Shown here: one piece after another, positions 9,758-20,100 of the stretch | Numbering within the stretch: position 1 is the first letter of the stretch | How the letters are laid out: every line of letters begins with the position of its first letter | DNA from: an uncultured Gammaproteobacteria bacterium | Lineage (GTDB): Bacteria > Pseudomonadota > Gammaproteobacteria > HyVt-429 | NCBI GenBank assembly: GCA_947259975.1 | Contig: CAMYOD010000077.1 | Coordinates: 81,999-145,998 of the forward strand | Direction of reading: 5' to 3' | DNA length: 64,000 bases | The notes under the pieces: generated by a model | The model's input: the letters and a program-made list of their open reading frames with translations, nothing else | What the model was told of the DNA's origin: nothing | Database searches by the model: none | Position numbers and translations under genes: made by a program

Positions 9758-10558
9758 ATGACTCAGTATTCGCATCGTGATCTGGTGGAGCTGTACCGTG
9801 GTTTCGGCATATCCCGAGGTGATATCGTATCGCTCAAGACAGACCTGACCCGTCTAGGTATGTACGAGAAGCCCGCCAAGAACGAGATTCTTGAAGGTCA
9901 TTTCCGGGCCCTGGATGAAGTACTCGATTTCGATCGGGGTACGGTTGTCGTGGCCACGTCCACAACCAACCTTTGCAACACAGACATTCCATACGACCCG
10001 ATCCGATCACCGAGCATTGTGGGCCTGCTGACCGAGTATATTCGTAGTCAAGCCGGCTCGGTTCGTAGTTACCACGCATTTGAATCGTATACGGCGCTCG
10101 GCAGACATGCCGGCGAGCTATGCGGAGATGTATCAAAATACTCCTACGGTCTGGATACGCCGGAGGACCGCCTGATCAATATGGGTGCGAAATGCGTTAC
10201 GTTGGGCGTGGGGGCCAAGAGATGCTGTTCGACCGTGCACCACATGGAAATTCTATCGGCCGTACCCTACCGCTACGTTAAGGAATGCGATCATCCAGTA
10301 CAAAAAAACGACGAGCTCGTGGTGGACCGTTTTTTCCGGCACGTCTGGTATCTTGATAGCGATATTCGGAAGAATACCGATCGCCTGTTCGCACGGATGG
10401 ATGCAACCGGATTTCGCATCGCGACGGCGGTTATCGGGTCCGGTCACGCGCAGTGTTATTCGATGCCAGAACTATTCGAACATGGTATGGCGGCGTTTCG
10501 TACGGACCCCTATATTCCTCTCGAGTATGAGCCCCGAAAGAAGGTGTGGACGATATGA
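9758..10558 (+). CDS. AAC(3)/YokD family N-acyltransferase
   Basis: GISRGDIV, GLLTEYIR....RSYHAFESYTALG, TVHHME..VPYRYVK pattern. Confidence 0.8.
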   Translation: MTQYSHRDLVELYRGFGISRGDIVSLKTDLTRLGMYEKPAKNEILEGHFRALDEVLDFDRGTVVVATSTTNLCNTDIPYDPIRSPSIVGLLTEYIRSQAGSVRSYHAFESYTALGRHAGELCGDVSKYSYGLDTPEDRLINMGAKCVTLGVGAKRCCSTVHHMEILSAVPYRYVKECDHPVQKNDELVVDRFFRHVWYLDSDIRKNTDRLFARMDATGFRIATAVIGSGHAQCYSMPELFEHGMAAFRTDPYIPLEYEPRKKVWTI

Positions 10559-10581
10559 AGCGGCTCATTAGGTAACTGAAA

Positions 10582-11514
10582 ATGTACGGAATTGAGCGAA
10601 TCGCGAGTTATATACCCGAGGAGCAACTCGAAATTGGCCCACTGGCCGAAGCCGTGTCTGCAGACCCGGAATTTGTACGGACCAAGCTTGGCGTCACTAG
10701 ATTGCCGGTTCTGGATAGCGAACTCGATACGTCGGATCTCGCGGTTGCCGCCTTGAATCGATTAATGGCGGGTGACAGCGTCGCGCGAGATGAAATTGGT
10801 TGTCTTATCGTCTGTACCCAGAATCCGGACGGCGAAGGCCTGCCTCACACGTCAGCATTGGTGCAGGCAAAGGCCGGACTCCCTTCGTCTGTCGCCGCCT
10901 TCGATATTTCGCTCGGCTGCTCCGGCTATGTATACGGTATTGCGGCGGTCACAGGTTTTCTAGATGCAACGGGCATGGAGAAGGGCGTGCTGATCACTGC
11001 GGATCCATACTCAAAGATCGTGAACCGAAACGATCGAGACACTGCCTTGCTGTTCGGAGATGCGGCCACGGCAACGCTGGTGTCCCGCAATGGCCCATGG
11101 AAAATGATCGCAAGCGATTTTGGTACCGACGGTGCCGGGGCGGAAAATCTCGTCAAGCGTGACGGTCAGTTGTCGATGAACGGTCGCCAGGTGTTCAACT
11201 TTACGTTGAGCCGTGTCCCCGACCAGATCCGCAAAGTCGTCGCGGACGCGGAACTTAGGCTCGATGATATCCAGGTATTTGTCCTGCATCAGGGAAGCCG
11301 TTACATCGTCGAAAGCATTGGTCGGCGTCTCGGTGTGCCTGCCGCCAGGGTGCCGGTAGCAATCGAAGAAACCGGAAACACCGTATCCTCATCCATACCG
11401 CTAATCCTCGAGACAGTCCTGGAATCCAAAAATAACAAACACATCGTCATTTCGGGTTTCGGTGTCGGGCTCTCATGGGGGTCGGCGGTTTTAACCAGGA
11501 ACAGCAGCCAATGA
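10582..11514 (+). CDS. 3-oxoacyl-ACP synthase III (FabH-like)
   Basis: Cys-His-Asn triad: DISLGCSGY, LHQGS, GNTVSSSIP. Also FGDAA, MNG and GFGVGLSW. Confidence 0.92.
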   Translation: MYGIERIASYIPEEQLEIGPLAEAVSADPEFVRTKLGVTRLPVLDSELDTSDLAVAALNRLMAGDSVARDEIGCLIVCTQNPDGEGLPHTSALVQAKAGLPSSVAAFDISLGCSGYVYGIAAVTGFLDATGMEKGVLITADPYSKIVNRNDRDTALLFGDAATATLVSRNGPWKMIASDFGTDGAGAENLVKRDGQLSMNGRQVFNFTLSRVPDQIRKVVADAELRLDDIQVFVLHQGSRYIVESIGRRLGVPAARVPVAIEETGNTVSSSIPLILETVLESKNNKHIVISGFGVGLSWGSAVLTRNSSQ

Positions 11515-11741
11515 AGCTTTCAAACGAAAAAGTTTGCGAAATGATCAAACAGACACGGTCAGAGCTTAGCGATGAGGAGTTCGACGTGAATGCCTCTTTG
11601 CGGGGAATTGGTCTTGATTCGCTCGATATAATGGCGGTCCTGTATCTGGTTCAAGAGCAGACAGGGGTCGAGGTACCGGATGAAGAGATCAATAACCTAG
11701 ATACGATCGCGAAGATCGTAGAGTACGTAAATTCGCGATAG
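11511..11741 (+). CDS. Acyl carrier protein
   Basis: GLDSLD phosphopantetheine site in an acidic 76-aa protein. ATG 11511 overlaps the fabH stop. Confidence 0.9.
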   Translation: MKLSNEKVCEMIKQTRSELSDEEFDVNASLRGIGLDSLDIMAVLYLVQEQTGVEVPDEEINNLDTIAKIVEYVNSR

Positions 11742-11780
11742 ATCGGAATCAGTGGTTACGTTTCGGTTCGTGCCGTAAGC

Positions 11781-13387
<1,607 letters not shown>

Positions 13388-13390
13388 CAA

Positions 13391-14548
13391 TTGATTCCCT
13401 ACGGAAAACAGACACTGTCGCAGGAGGACATCGATGCCGTCATCGATGTCCTTCGCTCGGATTACCTGACCCAGGGGCCGGCTGTACCGGCCTTTGAAAA
13501 TGCACTATGCGACCGCGTTCAGGCGGGTCATTGCGTTGCGGCGAACAGTGCAACGTCCGCGTTGCACCTGGCCTGCCGTGCGCTCGGGCTCGGGCCGGGC
13601 GACTGGTTATGGACGTCTCCGATTACGTTTGTCGCCTCCGCCAATTGCGCATTGTATTGTGGCGCGGGCGTCGACTTTGTCGATATCGACGAAGACACAT
13701 GGAATATGTCGCCGGCCGCGCTTGAGGATAAGCTGTTACGTGCCGAAAGTGAGGGACGTCTACCCAAGATAGTCGTGCCTGTCCATCTCTGTGGACAGCC
13801 CTGCGATATGGAGGAAATACATGCACTTGGTCGGCGCTTCGGATTCAGGATTATTGAAGACGCATCTCACGCAACTGGCGCGCAATATCGCGATTTGCCG
13901 GTGGGTGCATGTGAACATTCAGATATCACCATCTTCAGTTTTCATCCGGTAAAAATCGTCACCACGGGGGAGGGCGGCGCCGCTCTGACAAACGACGAGA
14001 GGCTCGCGCAAAAAATGCGACAGCTGCGGAGTCACGGTGTGACGCGCGACCCGCAGGAAATGACGCAATCGCCCGATGGACCCTGGTACTACCAGCAAAT
14101 TGATCTTGGTTATAACTATCGCCTGAGCGACATCCATGCAGCACTGGGTATTGCTCAGTTGCGCCGACTGACAGAATTTGTCGCAACCCGACGTCGGATC
14201 GCCAGCCGCTATGACGATGCATTCGTCGATGCGCCGCTGACTTTGCAGCGTCACCGTCGGGATTCGCAGTCAAGCTTTCACTTGTATGTGATACGTCTGG
14301 ATATTGATCGAATAGCCGCTTCGCGATCCGAGGTCTTCAGCGCGCTGCTTGACCGGGGCATAGGCGTGAATGTGCACTATATTCCAGTACATCTTCAGCC
14401 ATACTACCGTGACCGGGGATTTCGGCCCGGAAGCTATCCGAATGCAGAAAGATATTATTCGGAGGCGATAAGTCTGCCGCTCTTTCCATCGCTTGACCAA
14501 GATCGCCAGGGCCATATTATCGATTCGGTATTGCGCATTGCGCAATAG
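13391..14548 (+). CDS. pseC: UDP-4-keto-6-deoxy-N-acetyl-L-altrosamine transaminase
   Basis: IPYGKQ..DIDAV, LTQGP, SFHPVK.TTGEGG, GYNYR and VHYIPVH motifs. TTG start. Confidence 0.93.
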   Translation: MIPYGKQTLSQEDIDAVIDVLRSDYLTQGPAVPAFENALCDRVQAGHCVAANSATSALHLACRALGLGPGDWLWTSPITFVASANCALYCGAGVDFVDIDEDTWNMSPAALEDKLLRAESEGRLPKIVVPVHLCGQPCDMEEIHALGRRFGFRIIEDASHATGAQYRDLPVGACEHSDITIFSFHPVKIVTTGEGGAALTNDERLAQKMRQLRSHGVTRDPQEMTQSPDGPWYYQQIDLGYNYRLSDIHAALGIAQLRRLTEFVATRRRIASRYDDAFVDAPLTLQRHRRDSQSSFHLYVIRLDIDRIAASRSEVFSALLDRGIGVNVHYIPVHLQPYYRDRGFRPGSYPNAERYYSEAISLPLFPSLDQDRQGHIIDSVLRIAQ

Positions 14549-14578
14549 TGTACGTCGCGACAGTCGGTCGACAGAAGA

Positions 14579-15283
14579 ATGAATATTGCTGTTATCCCGG
14601 CCCGAGGCGGAAGTAAGCGAATTCCAAACAAGAATATTCGTCCGTTCTGCGGCAAGCCGATTATTGCTTACTCGATCGAGTTGGCGGTGCAAAGCGGGTT
14701 GTTTGATCGTATTATCGTTTCAACGGACAGCGATAAAGTTGCCGGGGTCGCCGTACAACACGGCGCCGAGGTTCCCTTCAAGCGGCCAGAGACGCTTGCA
14801 GATGATTACACTGGAACTGGCGCAGTCGTCACTCACGCACTGCAGTGGTGTCGAGAGGAAGGGCTGGCGGTGGATTTTGCATGTTGTATCTATGCAACGG
14901 CGCCGCTGCTGCAGTTGCGATTCTTGCGCGAAGGGTGGGAGCGATTACGGAGTTCCGCCCAGGCCTATGCGTTCGCGGTAACGGCGTATGAGTTCCCTAT
15001 TCAGCGAAGCCTGCGCCTGGAGGGCGATGGCGTTGCGCCGATGTTTCCCGAGCATACCGAGACGCGATCACAGGATCTCGAGCCCGTCTATCACGATGCG
15101 GCGCAGTTTTATTGGGGACGTGCCGAGGCCTACCTGAAATCGATCCCGATGTATTCTCCCAGGTCGAGCCCGATCGTGATACCGAAACACCTGGTTCAGG
15201 ACATCGATCGCGAGGAGGACTGGATTCGTGCGGAACTCATGTACAGGGTTTCGCAAGAGAGGATTGGGCAGTCATGCGAGTAA
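14579..15283 (+). CDS. pseF: Pseudaminic acid cytidylyltransferase
   Basis: PARGGSKRIPNKNI, CCIYATAP, RSQDL...DAAQFYWG and QDID motifs. Confidence 0.93.
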   Translation: MNIAVIPARGGSKRIPNKNIRPFCGKPIIAYSIELAVQSGLFDRIIVSTDSDKVAGVAVQHGAEVPFKRPETLADDYTGTGAVVTHALQWCREEGLAVDFACCIYATAPLLQLRFLREGWERLRSSAQAYAFAVTAYEFPIQRSLRLEGDGVAPMFPEHTETRSQDLEPVYHDAAQFYWGRAEAYLKSIPMYSPRSSPIVIPKHLVQDIDREEDWIRAELMYRVSQERIGQSCE

Positions 15284-16800
15284 TGTTCCGGGCTGACGCG
15301 TCCGCGGCTCTTGGAATGGGCCATGTGATGCGTTGTTTGACGTTGGCTGAAGAGTTCGGTCGCGCGGACGCCGCGGTGGGGTTGATGGCTCGGCCGATGA
15401 ACGATCGCATACGCGCGATGGCGGAAATGCGCGGGACCCAGTTTCATGCGCTCACCTGGGAGGGAAGTAGCGATGAAAGCAGCGTCTCATCATACGACTG
15501 GGAAAGTGATTTGGCCGCGAGCGTTGCGATCCTGCGTGAGTGGCAGCCTGACTGGTTGGTTGTGGACCATTACGGCCTTGATGAACGCTGGGAGCGCGCA
15601 GTCCGGGCGGAAACGGGGAAATTGCTCGTCATCGACGATCTTGCCAATCGTGATCACGTTTGCGATGTGCTTCTCGATCAGACATACGGACGCCGGGAAT
15701 CCGACTATGCCAACCGGGTGCCCTCCGAATGCACTCCCCTGTTGGGGTCCCAATATGCCTTGCTGCGCCCGCAGTTCCGACAGCATCGAGTGGAGGCGAC
15801 AGTGCGGCGCGAGACCTGCGAACAGATCAATCGGGTTTTGATCACGATGGGCGGGATGGATAATGCCAATGTTACAGGTACCGTAGTTGACGTACTCAGT
15901 AATTTCGATTGGCCTGCACTGCCGAGTGTGGATGTGCTGTTGTCTGATGCCGCGCCCCACAAGAGTGCCGTGCAACAACAGGCGAATGCGTCGCCTCTGA
16001 ATGTCACCGTTCATGCGGGCGTCGATGATGTGGCCGGGCTGATCCTGGGCGCTGATCTCGCGATCGGAGCGGGCGGTACGACGACCTGGGAGCGCTGCTG
16101 CCTGGGTTTGCCATCCATCCTTACCGCTGTCGCCGAGAATCAGCGGACAGTGGTCGATATCGTCGACCGCGCCGGTGCGGCGATCGTAATCGAATGGCCG
16201 GAAAGCTATGAGCAGGCGGTGGGCGCCGCAATTGGGCGAGTGCTGGGCGATTGGCGTTTTTATCATTCTCTTTCGCGGCGATCATCGTCTATCTGTGACG
16301 GTCTCGGTTGTGCTCGAGTGATGGCGGCGCTGGGTGAGTCCACCGTGCTTGACGCGCCATTGGCTCTGAGGCCGGCGCAGACCGCGGATTGTGATTTATT
16401 ATTTCACTGGCAGGTACAGCCGGGGGTCCGGGCACACTCGCGTAATCCGGAGGTTCCTTCCTATCGGGAGCACACAGCATGGTTTGATCGCGTTTTCGCA
16501 GACCCCGGCAGGCATATCTTCATTGCTGAAACAGGGGGTGTTCCCGTGGGCATGTTGCGCCTTGATCAGGACAATGCCGAAATGAACAGGGCCGAGATAT
16601 CAATCCTGGTCGATCCCGCACTGCACGGCAGGAAAATCGGTCAACGGGCAATATCCGCTATACAAGAACTATTTCCAAACCTGCAATTGATTGCCGAGGT
16701 CGCGACCGAAAACGTGGCGTCGAACAGGCTTTTTCGATCCTGTGGCTTTGAGGGACCGGTTGAGGGCTTCTATCGCTGTGCCCCGCTCTCGGAAATGTAG
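15274..16800 (+). CDS. pseG: PseG hydrolase fused to a C-terminal PseH-like GNAT acetyltransferase
   Basis: FRADAS..GMGHVMRC, VVDHY, IDDLANR, GGMD and GAGGTTTWERCCLGLP. The C-terminus LRPA...EHTAWF...GMLRLD...NVASNRLF..CGF is GNAT-like. Start is ATG 15274. Confidence 0.9.
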   Translation: MRVMFRADASAALGMGHVMRCLTLAEEFGRADAAVGLMARPMNDRIRAMAEMRGTQFHALTWEGSSDESSVSSYDWESDLAASVAILREWQPDWLVVDHYGLDERWERAVRAETGKLLVIDDLANRDHVCDVLLDQTYGRRESDYANRVPSECTPLLGSQYALLRPQFRQHRVEATVRRETCEQINRVLITMGGMDNANVTGTVVDVLSNFDWPALPSVDVLLSDAAPHKSAVQQQANASPLNVTVHAGVDDVAGLILGADLAIGAGGTTTWERCCLGLPSILTAVAENQRTVVDIVDRAGAAIVIEWPESYEQAVGAAIGRVLGDWRFYHSLSRRSSSICDGLGCARVMAALGESTVLDAPLALRPAQTADCDLLFHWQVQPGVRAHSRNPEVPSYREHTAWFDRVFADPGRHIFIAETGGVPVGMLRLDQDNAEMNRAEISILVDPALHGRKIGQRAISAIQELFPNLQLIAEVATENVASNRLFRSCGFEGPVEGFYRCAPLSEM

Positions 16801-16809
16801 CGGACCATA

Positions 16810-17862
16810 ATGATGCAAATCGAAGCGCGAAAAATCGGGCGCCAGTATCCGCCATATATCATTGCGGAGTTGTCCGCGAATCATAATGGCAGTCTGCAAA
16901 CCGCTATCGAGACGATCGTTGAAGCAAAAGCGGCCGGAGCCGACGCGGTAAAGCTGCAGACCTATACACCCGACACAATGACGATAGACTGTGATTCCCA
17001 GGATTTTCAAATAGATGGGGGCCTGTGGGATGGTTACAGCCTCCACCAGCTTTACCAGGAGGCACATACACCGTTCGAGTGGCATAAAGATCTGTTCGCA
17101 AAAGCTCGGGAAATTAATATTACTATATTCAGTTCGCCCTTTGACGAGTCCGCTGTCGATCTGCTTGAGGATCTTGGCGCTCCAGCCTACAAGATCGCGT
17201 CGTTCGAAGCCGTCGACTTGCCTCTTATCCGATATGTTGCACGAACCGGAAAGCCGATGATTATTTCTACCGGTATGGCATTGGAGGCTGAAATCAATGA
17301 TGCAGTAGTAGCCGCACGAGAGGCGGGATGCACGCAACTAGCGTTATTGCATTGCGTTAGCAGCTACCCGGCGCCGATAGATGAATCGAATCTACGAACC
17401 ATACCCGAGTTGGAACGAAGGTATGGAGTTGTTGCCGGATTATCGGACCATTCGCTTGGGTCGACGGTAGCAATCGCGGCGACGGCTCTTGGTGCCAGTG
17501 TCATAGAAAAGCATTTTACCCTGTCGCGTGCCGAGCCCGGCCCGGATTCGGCGTTTTCTATGGAGCCACCGGAATTCAGGAGTCTTTGCGACCAGGCAAG
17601 GCAGGCATGGGCCGCAATCGGACAGGTTGCGTATGGGCCAACCGCAGCCGAGGAGAGCAATAAACGTTTTAGACGGTCTCTCTACGTGGTGCAACATGTA
17701 GCAGCGGGCGAGCGAGTCACGACACAAAACGTGCGACGCATCAGGCCGGGTTTCGGGTTGGCGCCGCGTCATTACGACGAGGTGCTGGGTATGCAGTTCA
17801 GACAAGATGTTGCGCGGGGAACCGCACTCACGTGGGATCTGCTCAAAAAAGGCGATGCGTAA
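16810..17862 (+). CDS. pseI: Pseudaminic acid synthase
   Basis: IAELSANHNG, KLQTY, KIASFE, STGMA, GLSDH, EKHFTL and a C-terminal SAF domain (RRSLY..IRPGFG). Confidence 0.95.
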   Translation: MMQIEARKIGRQYPPYIIAELSANHNGSLQTAIETIVEAKAAGADAVKLQTYTPDTMTIDCDSQDFQIDGGLWDGYSLHQLYQEAHTPFEWHKDLFAKAREINITIFSSPFDESAVDLLEDLGAPAYKIASFEAVDLPLIRYVARTGKPMIISTGMALEAEINDAVVAAREAGCTQLALLHCVSSYPAPIDESNLRTIPELERRYGVVAGLSDHSLGSTVAIAATALGASVIEKHFTLSRAEPGPDSAFSMEPPEFRSLCDQARQAWAAIGQVAYGPTAAEESNKRFRRSLYVVQHVAAGERVTTQNVRRIRPGFGLAPRHYDEVLGMQFRQDVARGTALTWDLLKKGDA

Positions 17863-17913
17863 ACAAGCGTATTACCAGGTTGTTAGACAAGATACTTAGC
17901 GAAGGTGGTACCA

Positions 17914-18798
17914 ATGGATGAAAAAAAACCTGTTGATGTTCATTACGATTCGGTTGCCGAAAACTATCACGAGCAATACGACCGAGAAAATCTTTATGAC
18001 CTAAAGAAACCCTACCCGGCAAACTATTTCCGCATGCAGTATATGCTGAATTCGTTTGCCGAGACGGGCGCGCAACGGGTTATCGAGGTCGGCGTCGGCG
18101 AGGGAACGCCGTTGGCAAACCTAGCTACAATGGGCGCGGATTGCTGGGGGTTCGACATTTCGGAAAACATGGTCGCGCGCGCCAAAGAGACATTCAAAGA
18201 GCGTGGTCTTGATGATTCACATATCTCATGGGGCGATATAACGGACGTCAACACCTATATGCATATGCTGAGAGGGGGTCGATTTGACGGCGCCATGGCC
18301 ATGGGAGTGATGCCGCATGTCCGGCACGATGATCAGACCCTCCAGAATATCAAGCGCTTGGTCAAGGAGGACGGGCGAGTTTTTATTGAATTTCGCAATA
18401 AGCTTTTCTCACTGTTCACGTTTAACCGGTACACCTTCGAGTTCATCATGGACGACCTTTTATCAGAGGTGTCGCAAGAGCTTAAGGCAAGCGTGGGCAA
18501 AGCGCTGGAGGGTATATTGAGGATGGATCTGCCGCCGGTACGCCGGGATACAGAGGCGGCGGGTTATGATGAAATATTGTCGCGCTTTCACAATCCGCTC
18601 GAAATCGAAGAGTTGTTCAGACGCAACGGCTATGACGATATTCAGTTTCATTGGTACCATTATCACGCGGCACCACCCCTCGCGGGGATGGAGGTCCCCG
18701 AGCTGTTTCGCGCCGATTCCATAAATCTGGAATTTGAACCATCCGGCTGGAAGGGACTGTTTCTTTGCAGTGCGTTTGTAGTTGAGGCGACCGCGTGA
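17914..18798 (+). CDS. Class I SAM-dependent methyltransferase
   Basis: IEVGVGEG motif I, GFDISENMV, GDI and FDG..AMGVMPHV. Confidence 0.85.
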   Translation: MDEKKPVDVHYDSVAENYHEQYDRENLYDLKKPYPANYFRMQYMLNSFAETGAQRVIEVGVGEGTPLANLATMGADCWGFDISENMVARAKETFKERGLDDSHISWGDITDVNTYMHMLRGGRFDGAMAMGVMPHVRHDDQTLQNIKRLVKEDGRVFIEFRNKLFSLFTFNRYTFEFIMDDLLSEVSQELKASVGKALEGILRMDLPPVRRDTEAAGYDEILSRFHNPLEIEELFRRNGYDDIQFHWYHYHAAPPLAGMEVPELFRADSINLEFEPSGWKGLFLCSAFVVEATA

Positions 18799-20096
18799 CG
18801 GCGGAGGAATTCGTAAACGCCGCGAAGTCCGAAATGCTGGAGCTCGGCAAGGAGCTCTTTCCGATCTGCCGCAGTATTACTGGCGACGGGTTTCGTGAAT
18901 CGCTCGCTATTGTCGCGCGGCATATGCCGCTGCGTACGACGGAAGTTGCTTCCGGCACCCGGGTCTTCGACTGGACCGTACCCCAGGAATGGAATATCCG
19001 GGACGCTTGGATCAAGGACCCGGACGGGCGCAAGATCATTGATTTCAAGGAAAATAATCTTCATGTGGTGTCCTACTCCGAGCCCTTTCGCGGGTTTCTC
19101 GACAGGGAATCACTGAATGAGCACTTGTTCAGCCTCGAGGATTTGCCGGATGCAATCCCTTATGTAACGTCGTATTACAAGCGCCGGTGGGGGTTCTGTA
19201 CGACCCATCGTCAGCGCATGCAGCTTACCGAGGGCGACTATGAGGTCTATATCGACTCGGAACTCGCCGACGGTGGGTTGACCTATGGCGAGGCGGTGCT
19301 TGACGGTAAGTCGGATAAGGTTGTCCTGATCTCCACCTATCTCTGCCATCCGTCGATGGCCAATAATGAGTTGTCGGGACCGATCGTGAGTAGTTTCCTG
19401 TACAAGTATTTGCAGGCACGATCAGATCGCCGATATACCTACCACTTTGTCGTCGTTCCAGAGACCATTGGCTCGATCACCTTTATAAGTCGCAACCTTG
19501 ATTACCTGAAAAACAAGGTTATCTGCGGTTTCAACTTAAGTTGTATCGGGGACGAACGGGCCTACTCGATGGTAGCGAGCCCGTCGCAAGACACACTGGC
19601 AGATAAAGTCGCTCATGCAGTACTGAGCCGACGAGAAAATTTTGTCCACTATTCGTTCCTTGATCGCGGCAGCGACGAGCGGCAGTATTGCGCACCGCGC
19701 GTGAAACTTCCGTTGGTGACCCTTTGCCGTTCGAAATTCGGGGAGTATGACGAATACCATACTTCGCTCGATAATTTTGATTTGGTGACCGAGAATGGAC
19801 TGGGCGGGGGATTGGATGCGGCAATCGAATGCATCGAATTGCTTGAAAACAATGGATGCGTTGGTACGACTGTAAACTGTGAACCGCAGATGGGGAAACG
19901 CGGGCTTTACCCTACGACCTCAACGCGCAACGCGCGCGGTGACGAGACCAAGCTATGGATGGATATTTTGGCCCATGCTGACGGCAAGCGCGATCTGGCG
20001 GAACTGAGCACACTTCTGGCACGCCGTCCACGGGAGGTTATCGACGCCGTGAAACTGCTGGAAGAACATGGGCTGCTGGACGTAGTGCAAGCTTGA
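18795..20096 (+). CDS. DUF4910/DUF2172 M28 peptidase-like protein with C-terminal winged helix
   Basis: LFPICRSITGDG, VFDWTVPQEW, NNLHVV.YS, AIPYVTSYY, CHPSMANNELSGP, PETIGS, GSDERQYC, YHTSLD and EPQMGKRGLYP. Confidence 0.9.
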   Translation: MTAEEFVNAAKSEMLELGKELFPICRSITGDGFRESLAIVARHMPLRTTEVASGTRVFDWTVPQEWNIRDAWIKDPDGRKIIDFKENNLHVVSYSEPFRGFLDRESLNEHLFSLEDLPDAIPYVTSYYKRRWGFCTTHRQRMQLTEGDYEVYIDSELADGGLTYGEAVLDGKSDKVVLISTYLCHPSMANNELSGPIVSSFLYKYLQARSDRRYTYHFVVVPETIGSITFISRNLDYLKNKVICGFNLSCIGDERAYSMVASPSQDTLADKVAHAVLSRRENFVHYSFLDRGSDERQYCAPRVKLPLVTLCRSKFGEYDEYHTSLDNFDLVTENGLGGGLDAAIECIELLENNGCVGTTVNCEPQMGKRGLYPTTSTRNARGDETKLWMDILAHADGKRDLAELSTLLARRPREVIDAVKLLEEHGLLDVVQA

Positions 20097-20100
20097 AGTC

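Noticed and set aside
9758-10558. Aminoglycoside resistance gene
   Set aside because: The AAC(3) fold sits in an acyl/ACP sugar-tailoring context with no mobile element; a biosynthetic role is more parsimonious.
10582-11741. Fatty acid or polyketide cluster
   Set aside because: Only FabH and ACP are present, with no elongating KS, FabD or FabG. This fits glycan acylation.
15490-17337. Long antisense ORFs (258 aa and 222 aa)
   Set aside because: They fully overlap well-supported pseG-H and pseI and have no recognisable motifs, so they are shadow frames.
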